Source: Thermodesulfobacteriota bacterium (GTDB taxonomy: Bacteria > Desulfobacterota > Desulfarculia > JACQYL01). From it: 64,000 nt of DNA. Below the pieces are notes generated by a model. That model did not search any database and was not told where the DNA came from. It saw nothing but the letters and a program-made list of their open reading frames with translations. The stretch is from NCBI GenBank assembly GCA_963675595.2, contig CAXXLZ010000002.1, positions 3,744,001 to 3,808,000 on the forward strand, read 5' to 3'. Below, one piece after another: positions 56,898 through 64,000 of this stretch; the stretch's first letter is position 1, and the number at the start of each line of letters is the position of its first letter. Both the position numbers and the translations under genes were made by a program.

Positions 56898-58859
56898 TTG
56901 ACGGATTTGAAAGAGACCTCCGTTTCGTCGGATGCGAGTAAGGAAGGGGAGTCTTTGACGGATGTGGGAGAGATCGGCCCGGTCCTGAGCGAAGAGGAGA
57001 CTCTGATGGAATTCGAACGGCTGTGCAGAACCGTGAACACGCGGATGGACAATCCCTCTTTGGTGCGGTTTCGCCGTCAGGTCCAGGTGATGAGATCGAG
57101 ATTCGAAGGCGACAAACCGATCATGTTGCTGCTTCGGATGATGCTCAGCTTGGCGGAGCATTTAAGAAAACGCCAAGCCGACGCCCATCCTGAAGCGCTT
57201 CCACTGTTCCGCTCGGTCCGAGACGATTTTTTCAGTCTGGTGGAGTCACCGGGCCTTTCTCCCAGGACGCGCAATGCGCTGGTGAAAAGTCAGGTGGATC
57301 GCTTTCAGGATGTCCAAAAAAGCATTCGATCCCTTCAAGAGCCGGCTCTCTCGGAAGAGTTCGCACCACGGGACCGGCTTGTGGACGACGATGTCGCACC
57401 TTTTCCGGTCGGTGAGGAGTCGGGATACGAGGAATCCCCATCCACGGATGAAGTTCCGGTGGGGTTCGAAGCTTTGGATGCCGACGAGGACCTTGAAGAA
57501 GCGTTCACGGATGAAGAGGTTGAAAGGCTGCCATCCCCGGAAGAACTCGCTTTGGGATTGAGATCGTCTCCGGAGGAACCCGGGGAAGGATACTCCGACA
57601 CGGAGAGGGAACAAGCAACGGGTTCTGGGATGGAAGCCGATGAATCGGAGATGGAATCGGCTTCTCCGGAAGAATTGATGCGGGAGCTGGATGCTTTGAG
57701 CGTCCATGAGTCGCAGAGCGTGGAGTCGGATTCCGCTTTCTTTTGGGAAGACGAGTCGTCGGACGAGGAGGGCGAGGCGTCCGATGTTGAACCAGACGTG
57801 CTTTCCATGGATTCGCCCGGCCGTCCCGACACCGCCGTCCCGTTCGAACTTGCCGATCTGCGCGAAGTGCCGGACGTTTCCGGGGAAGGGGCCGCCGGCC
57901 CTTGGTCCAAAGCGGAATCGCTTGAGTTCTCCGAAGAGGGACCTGAACGTCTGCCGGAGAGTGCAGAGGGTCTCGCTCTGTTCAAAGAGATGAGGATTGA
58001 AACCGACCGGAAAATCGATGCGGTTCATGCGGAGCTGTCGGCGATGCGGGAGATTCTTGATCGGATTGAGCGGAGACTGGACCGAGCGGAGGATGCCTCC
58101 TTGCCCGGCGATCCGAAGGCCGCCCGCTTGGAGCAAGAGAGCGTCTTCGTTGCCGAGCTTTCCGGGGGGACTGCGGTGGGGGGATCACAGGCCGTGATGC
58201 CTCTTCGGGAATCGGAGATTGAGGAGGTCTCGCACCCTCTCGAGACCGACCGGGGGGAGCGCGGGTTTGAAGGTGCGCTTGAGGTTGAGGAGGACGCGTC
58301 GGGGCGGACCCATGATGAGACTCCTTCAGAGGAAGGACCCGGGGAGCCGGAACAAGAACCGGATTTTGAATTTCAAGACGGCGATGAACTCAGAGACGAG
58401 TACGAAGCCGATGAAGAGGGAGCCTTTCGGAGATTTCCCGGCGACGGTTTGCAGGCCCCGCCTTGGGTGAAGGTCGTCCTCGATGGGAAGACTTACGCGC
58501 TGCCCGAAGAGAACGTGCTGCGGCTGGGAAGGGTCAACAATAAGACTCGCAAGCGGCTGCTGAAAAAAAGGCCGGTTTCGTTCCATGAAACACTTGGGCT
58601 CTTCGAATCCCCCAAAAAGAATCTCATGCCGGCCCACGCCCATCTGTCCAAGAAAGAGCTGGAATCCCTTTCTTTCGGCTCACTGAACGAAAAGCTTGAT
58701 TCGCAGTCGGTGGAGTCCACGGGAGAGGGAATGCTGTTGTTGATCAACGGACATCTGACGGGAGCACTGATTACGGACAAAGTGCCGGAACGGATTTCTC
58801 CGGAAGAGGGATGGAACTTGGAAAGGTTGGACGTAACGGAGCTGCTTTCCGAAGGCTGA
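56898..58859 (+). CDS. Large acidic, largely disordered hypothetical protein
   Basis: AAGGAGG RBS; helical N-domain, D/E-rich centre with coiled coil, beta-rich C-domain. Confidence 0.8.
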   Translation: MTDLKETSVSSDASKEGESLTDVGEIGPVLSEEETLMEFERLCRTVNTRMDNPSLVRFRRQVQVMRSRFEGDKPIMLLLRMMLSLAEHLRKRQADAHPEALPLFRSVRDDFFSLVESPGLSPRTRNALVKSQVDRFQDVQKSIRSLQEPALSEEFAPRDRLVDDDVAPFPVGEESGYEESPSTDEVPVGFEALDADEDLEEAFTDEEVERLPSPEELALGLRSSPEEPGEGYSDTEREQATGSGMEADESEMESASPEELMRELDALSVHESQSVESDSAFFWEDESSDEEGEASDVEPDVLSMDSPGRPDTAVPFELADLREVPDVSGEGAAGPWSKAESLEFSEEGPERLPESAEGLALFKEMRIETDRKIDAVHAELSAMREILDRIERRLDRAEDASLPGDPKAARLEQESVFVAELSGGTAVGGSQAVMPLRESEIEEVSHPLETDRGERGFEGALEVEEDASGRTHDETPSEEGPGEPEQEPDFEFQDGDELRDEYEADEEGAFRRFPGDGLQAPPWVKVVLDGKTYALPEENVLRLGRVNNKTRKRLLKKRPVSFHETLGLFESPKKNLMPAHAHLSKKELESLSFGSLNEKLDSQSVESTGEGMLLLINGHLTGALITDKVPERISPEEGWNLERLDVTELLSEG

Positions 58860-59017
58860 TCCGGAGTGGAAGCGACGGCGAGGTTTTCCCTGCATAAGTG
58901 CTTTACATCTATTTCTTAGTCTGCAAAGATACTCCGTTTTGAAGGAATCCAATCGCCCCCTGGCTCCGATGCCCGCTTCGCGGGAAATCGGTTCGCTTTG
59001 TATAAGGAGAAGCATTA

Positions 59018-59422
59018 ATGGCCCGAATTACCGTCGAGGATTGTTTGACGCGCGTCGACAACAGATTCTCCCTTGTTCATCTGGCCGCCCGGCGCGTCCG
59101 GCAGTTGAAAAAAGGAGAACACCCCCTCATTAAGTGCAAAAATAGGGAGGTGGTTACCGCCCTGAGGGAAATCGCGGGAGGCGACGTCAACGTGGACACT
59201 CTGCGTGAAATCGAGGAAGCCTACAAGAAGAACCAGGATTTCAAGCTGCCTCCCCCGGGAGAAACTCAGGATCAAAACGCCCTTTCGGACCTGTCGGCAG
59301 CCATCTCGGAAGAAATGGCCGAACTGATTCCGGACGATTCCCTTACTGAGGAGTCTGAAGAAGCCGAGGAAGGCGACGACGAGGACAACGAAGGCGAGGA
59401 CGACTACGAAGAGCAGGAATGA
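59018..59422 (+). CDS. rpoZ: RNA polymerase omega subunit with acidic extension
   Basis: [34 protein letters not shown]. Confidence 0.95.
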   Translation: MARITVEDCLTRVDNRFSLVHLAARRVRQLKKGEHPLIKCKNREVVTALREIAGGDVNVDTLREIEEAYKKNQDFKLPPPGETQDQNALSDLSAAISEEMAELIPDDSLTEESEEAEEGDDEDNEGEDDYEEQE

Positions 59423-59580
59423 TGAGGGGACGGCGAATGTCGTCCCGCTCTATTGCCGTACCCGCTCTCGAGCCGCGCTCATTTGATCATGGATCACCGC
59501 AGGAACCATCGTCGTGTGCGGGACTGGTTCGCCGGCTGACACTCCCTCGCATTATGACGATCTTCAGTGGAGAGGCGAAC

Positions 59581-59976
59581 GTGAAATCCAAAACCGCACT
59601 TCTCACATGCCTGAACAAACGAAGCCTTCTCAACGATCCCGACGCCGGTGAGCGAGAACTCATCACCGCAGGGGATCGATTCATGGCCGAGGGGATGCAG
59701 GCCGACGCCCTCCGATTTTTCTCAAAGGCGCACCATACAGAAGGCATGGAAGAGATTCTAAGCCGGGCGTTGCAGGAAGGCGACCTCTTTCTGTACAGGG
59801 CCGCGGCGGAGGCTCTCGGCCGAAAACCGGAACCCGGGGACTATCGGGAAGTGGGCCGCACCGCTTTGGAAGCGGGTAAGCTTTTCTTCGCTCGTGCCGC
59901 TTATCGAGAAGCTTCGGATGAATCCATGCAGGAGCAGGTCGAACAGCGGATTCGCGAAAACGGGTTTGATATCTAA
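59581..59976 (+). CDS. Hypothetical helical (TPR-like) protein
   Basis: GTG after GGAGAGG; lies between rpoZ and dnaJ; stop overlaps the dnaJ start. Confidence 0.7.
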   Translation: MKSKTALLTCLNKRSLLNDPDAGERELITAGDRFMAEGMQADALRFFSKAHHTEGMEEILSRALQEGDLFLYRAAAEALGRKPEPGDYREVGRTALEAGKLFFARAAYREASDESMQEQVEQRIRENGFDI

Positions 59977-61082
59977 TGGAAAAAAGAGACTACTACGAAG
60001 TGCTCGGTGTGCAGCGACAGGCATCCGATGAGGAGATCAAACGGGCATATCGCAAATTGGCGCTTCAGTTCCACCCCGACCGAAATCCGGGAGACCTGGA
60101 CGCTGAGGAACGTTTCAAGGAGGCGGCCGAAGCCTATGAAGTGCTTCGCGATTCGGACAAACGGAGAATCTACGACCAATACGGCTTTGAGGGTCTAAGG
60201 GGTACCGGTTTTCAAGGATTTGGCGGTTTTGAGGATATTTTCTCCGCTTTCGGAGATATTTTCTCGGACGTTTTCGGCTTCGGCAGAGGCGGTTTTGGGC
60301 GTCGTTCCCAGAGAGGGGCCGATCTGCGCTACGACCTGGAAATCGGATTCCTGGAATCCGCCTTGGGAACGGAGAAAGAACTCGAAATCGACGTCCACGA
60401 CATCTGTTCCGCTTGCGAAGGATCGGGGGCGAAACCGGGTTCGGGACCCAGTGCGTGCCCCACCTGCGGGGGTAGCGGCCATGTTACCCGAAGCCAGGGC
60501 TTTTTCCGAATCAGTACCACCTGCCCGGCTTGTAAGGGCGCGGGCCAAGTGATTCTCGATCCTTGTGAGGAGTGCCGCGGTACCGGGCGCGTTCCAGTGA
60601 AGAAGAAGGTCCACGTCAAGATTCCCGGAGGTGTGGACACCGGTTCCCGACTGCGATTGCGCGAGGAAGGGGAACCGGGAGAGCATGGAGCGCCCCCGGG
60701 AGACCTTTATGTCGTCCTTCACGTGCAGCCGCACAACTTCTTTCAAAGGGAGGGGGATGACTTGGTATGTCAGGTTCCCGTGAGCTTTGTTCAGGCTGCG
60801 TTGGGTACTCAGGTGGAAGTGCCCACCCTGGACCAGCCCGAGAAGCTGATTATTCCCAAAGGAACTCAGCCATACGAAATATTTCGATTAAAGAGCAAAG
60901 GCTTTCCGAGACTGCGTGGATTCGGTCGGGGAGACCAAGTGATCCAGGTCCAGATCAAGACTCCCACGCATTTGAGTAAACAGCAAGAGGAGCTGTTGAG
61001 GGAATTCGCCGCCCTCTCCGGAGATGAAGTGGAACCCCATCGGGGTTTTTTCGGGCGGTTCGCGAAAAAGGAAAACAAGTGA
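59976..61082 (+). CDS. dnaJ: Chaperone DnaJ
   Basis: J domain with HPD, G/F region, four CxxCxGxG motifs. Confidence 0.97.
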   Translation: MEKRDYYEVLGVQRQASDEEIKRAYRKLALQFHPDRNPGDLDAEERFKEAAEAYEVLRDSDKRRIYDQYGFEGLRGTGFQGFGGFEDIFSAFGDIFSDVFGFGRGGFGRRSQRGADLRYDLEIGFLESALGTEKELEIDVHDICSACEGSGAKPGSGPSACPTCGGSGHVTRSQGFFRISTTCPACKGAGQVILDPCEECRGTGRVPVKKKVHVKIPGGVDTGSRLRLREEGEPGEHGAPPGDLYVVLHVQPHNFFQREGDDLVCQVPVSFVQAALGTQVEVPTLDQPEKLIIPKGTQPYEIFRLKSKGFPRLRGFGRGDQVIQVQIKTPTHLSKQQEELLREFAALSGDEVEPHRGFFGRFAKKENK

Positions 61083-61224
61083 CACCAATAGGCGCCGTAT
61101 CTTCCGGAATATCCCATGGCGTTCGTTTTTGGGCTGTCGGTCGCTCTACGGAGGAAGGTCATGACACCGGCCTCCCGCCTGCATGGTGGTCGTATTCAAG
61201 GAACCCCAACACCGGAACTCTACC

Positions 61225-61587
61225 ATGGAACCTGAAAAGATCGAGTTTTTCCGAACCCTGCTCAACAGACGCATGGAGGAACTGATCAAGAGCGCGGAAA
61301 CCACGGTCAACCGAATGACCGGAACCGAAGACAACTTTCCGGACCCCACGGATCGGGCCGCTCTGGAATCCGACCGCAATTTTACTCTGCGTATCCGTGA
61401 TCGGGAAAGAAAGCTGATCTTGAAAATCAAAGAAGCCCTGCAGAGGATCGAGGACGGTACCTTCGGAATCTGCGAAATGTGCGGTGAGCCCATTTCGGAT
61501 AAACGGCTCGAAGCCCGCCCGGTTACCACCTCGTGTATCAAATGCAAGGCGAAAGAAGAGGCCAAGGAAAAAGCGAGAGGCCTCTGA
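61225..61587 (+). CDS. dksA: RNA polymerase-binding protein DksA
   Basis: PDPTDRA, RDRERKLILKI, CEMC..RLEARP..CIKC. Confidence 0.95.
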   Translation: MEPEKIEFFRTLLNRRMEELIKSAETTVNRMTGTEDNFPDPTDRAALESDRNFTLRIRDRERKLILKIKEALQRIEDGTFGICEMCGEPISDKRLEARPVTTSCIKCKAKEEAKEKARGL

Positions 61588-61654
61588 GTAGGTTCTCGGA
61601 AGCCTCGTTCCTCATCTAAGAAAAGGCCGCCCGACCCCGCGGGCAAAGGGCCTC

Positions 61655-62929
61655 TTACGCCGTGATTCGCTCCAACATCCCCATGTAGGGCCTGAGTTTT
61701 TCCGGGATGACCACGCTGCCGTCTTCTTGCTGGAAGTTCTCGAGAACCGCCACTAATGTTCTGCCCACGGCAAGGCCCGAGCCGTTGAGGGTATGGAGCA
61801 GCTCGGTTTTCTTCTTTCCCTCCGGCCGAAAACGAATTCCCGCTCTTCGGGCTTGAAACGACGTGAAATTACTGCAGGAAGAGATTTCCCGGAAAGCCTC
61901 CTGGCCGGGCAGCCAGACTTCGATGTCGTAGGTCTTGGCCGCGGAGAATCCCAGGTCGCCCGTGCATAGGCTCACAACGCGGTAGTGAATGCCCAGCTCT
62001 TGAAGCACACGTTCCGCATGGGATAAGAGCACTTCCAGGTCTTCGAAGGATCGCTCGGGCAGCGTGAAATGGACCAGTTCCACTTTGTTGAACTGGTGTT
62101 GCCGGATCAGCCCCCTGGTGTCCTTTCCATAGGAGCCGGCCTCCGCTCTGAAGCATGCGCTGTAAGCTGCGTAGCGCACGGGAAGCTGCTTTTCCTCCAA
62201 TACCTCGTCGCGATGGATGTTGGTAACCGGAACCTCCGCCGTGGGAATAAGATAAGAATTCAATCCCTCGAGGCGGAACAGGTCTTCTTCGAATTTGGGA
62301 AGCTGGCCCGTACCGTACATGCTTTCCTGATTCACAATATAGGGAGGAAGGAGTTCCGTATATCCGTGTCGGTTCACATGCAGGTCGAGCATGAAGTTGA
62401 TCAGGGCTCTCTCCAGTCGAGCCCCCAAGCCCCTGTAGAGAGCGAAGCGGGCGCCCGATATCTTGGCGGCGCGAGCGAAGTCCAGAATTCCCAAATCTTC
62501 GCCGATATCCCAGTGGGCTTTGGGGGAAAAGGCGAACTCGGGCTTTTCTCCCCATCGGCGAACCTCCGGATTGTCCGCTTCGGATTGTCCGACGGGTACG
62601 CTGTCGTCGGTCAGATTAGGGACCATGGAAAGAAATCGGTCGAACTGCTCCTGGACTTTCCCGAGATCCGAGTCCATTGCTTTGATCCGTTGGGAAATCT
62701 CCTTCATTTCACCGGTCAGTTCAGATGCGTCCTGTCCGGCCTTTTTCATGGCCGCGATCTCTTCCGTAGCCTGATTCTTACGGTGTTTGAGGGATTCCAC
62801 TTCCTGGAGGAGAGTCCTGCGGTCCTCGTCCAAACGCGTGAACTCATCAAAGTCCACCTGCGCACCGCGCTGACGGGTTTTCTCAATGACGAGGTCCAGA
62901 TGATCTCTCACGAACTTGATGTCGAGCAT
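61655..62929 (-). CDS. serS: Serine--tRNA ligase
   Basis: [47 protein letters not shown]. Confidence 0.97.
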   Translation of the reverse strand: MLDIKFVRDHLDLVIEKTRQRGAQVDFDEFTRLDEDRRTLLQEVESLKHRKNQATEEIAAMKKAGQDASELTGEMKEISQRIKAMDSDLGKVQEQFDRFLSMVPNLTDDSVPVGQSEADNPEVRRWGEKPEFAFSPKAHWDIGEDLGILDFARAAKISGARFALYRGLGARLERALINFMLDLHVNRHGYTELLPPYIVNQESMYGTGQLPKFEEDLFRLEGLNSYLIPTAEVPVTNIHRDEVLEEKQLPVRYAAYSACFRAEAGSYGKDTRGLIRQHQFNKVELVHFTLPERSFEDLEVLLSHAERVLQELGIHYRVVSLCTGDLGFSAAKTYDIEVWLPGQEAFREISSCSNFTSFQARRAGIRFRPEGKKKTELLHTLNGSGLAVGRTLVAVLENFQQEDGSVVIPEKLRPYMGMLERITA

Positions 62930-63058
62930 GTTGACTCCGTGCCGGTTTGACGAAATATGGGGTCCTTGGATTTGTCGGCAGGTAGAAACAAGAATTTGTA
63001 AAAAGCCGCAGCCTATGATAGAAAGCCAAACTCCATCCATCCGGGAGCGCTTGAATTC

Positions 63059-64000
63059 ATGACGAAATTATCCAATTTTCTGTCTTCGGTCAAGCTGACC
63101 GTCGTTCTATTGATTGTGCTTGCCGTGCTTTCCGTAGTGGGCACGGTCATCCCGCAGCAGGAACCCGCCGGCCTGTACGAACGCATGTATGGTGAAGGGA
63201 CGGCCTCTTTATTCCGAAGTCTGGGCTTCACCAACATGTATGCGTCTCCCCTATTCGTTGCTTTGTTGGGCTTCCTGGGCGCCAATCTGGTCGTTTGTTC
63301 CCTCGACCGTCTTCCCAAGACGTGGAAACTCGTCAGGAACCGGCCGTCGTTGAATCCCAGGGAATATAAACAAATGCCCTATCGCAGGGAGCAGTTCGTC
63401 AAGTTGCGGAATCCCGAGTGGCGAAAGAGTCTATCGAATGTTCTCGGGCGCCTGGGAAAAGTCCAAGAAAAGGAATTCGACGGAGGGATCGTCTATTTCG
63501 CGAATCGTACGCCTTGGGTGCGTTTGGGCGTATACGTGGTGCACAGCTCGATCCTCCTCCTGTTTGTCGGAGGCATCATAGGCGCCGTCTGGGGATTCAA
63601 GGGGCACATCAACATCCTGGAAGGGGAGACGGTGGACCACATCGACGTGCGGGGGAGACACGAGCCCAAGCCCTTGGATTTTCAAATACGCTGTGACGAC
63701 TTCAATGTTGAGTTCTATGATACCGGGGCGCCCAAGGAGTTCCGCTCGGACCTTACCTTCCTGGAGGGCGGCAAAGAGGCGCTCAGCAGTCCGTTGCGCG
63801 TAAATCATCCCGTGACCTTCGGGGGCATTACCTTCTATCAGTCGAGTTACGGCTCCACTCTGGGCGGGGAGGTCGTGTTCGAACTGGTGGATAACCAAAC
63901 CGGTGAAACCTATACGGTCAAAGGACCCGCTTCCGATGATTTTAGCCTGCCGGGGGATCAAGGCGGTTTTCGGATCATCGATTTTCAGAACAATCTGGTT
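63059..64000 (+). CDS. resB: Cytochrome c biogenesis protein ResB/CcsB (3'-partial)
   Basis: Own translation: [44 protein letters not shown]; runs off the window. Confidence 0.88.
   Translation, partial: MTKLSNFLSSVKLTVVLLIVLAVLSVVGTVIPQQEPAGLYERMYGEGTASLFRSLGFTNMYASPLFVALLGFLGANLVVCSLDRLPKTWKLVRNRPSLNPREYKQMPYRREQFVKLRNPEWRKSLSNVLGRLGKVQEKEFDGGIVYFANRTPWVRLGVYVVHSSILLLFVGGIIGAVWGFKGHINILEGETVDHIDVRGRHEPKPLDFQIRCDDFNVEFYDTGAPKEFRSDLTFLEGGKEALSSPLRVNHPVTFGGITFYQSSYGSTLGGEVVFELVDNQTGETYTVKGPASDDFSLPGDQGGFRIIDFQNNLV

Noticed and set aside
3049-62950. Many long antisense ORFs (e.g. 3049-4020, 13151-14557, 30970-32073, 47584-48528, 62069-62950)
   Set aside because: They mirror well-supported genes on the opposite strand, as expected from GC-rich codon bias

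Overview
GC-rich bacterial chromosomal segment. Gene content suggests Desulfobacterota/deltaproteobacteria (inference, not checked). Housekeeping blocks are a tRNA nucleotidyltransferase, lptD, tmk-holB-PSP1-metG, rpoZ-dnaJ-dksA, serS and a partial resB. Between them lie: (1) an ECF sigma/anti-sigma operon with two predicted extracytoplasmic CBM48-like domains and an outer-membrane barrel, split by an intact 1550-bp IS with 13-bp IRs and an 8-bp target duplication; (2) a BtuFCD-like ABC importer; (3) a porin-DUF4198-cbiMLQO Co/Ni uptake operon behind a structured, terminator-containing leader and carrying a 123-bp MITE-like insert; (4) a partly decayed sigma54/chemotaxis module (HisKA-REC remnant, NtrC-type activator, cheW pseudogene, MCP); (5) a VanW-AMMECR1-alpha-2-macroglobulin operon; (6) a 12-kb, eight-gene operon linking a CHASE2 class III cyclase to SpoIID, an amidase, and GNA1162-, LPP20-, SLH- and FecR-type envelope proteins. 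Items 6, 1, 5 and the leader in 3 are the best candidates for undescribed systems. I saw no rRNA, tRNA or CRISPR array. All product calls come from motif recognition by eye; no searches were run.
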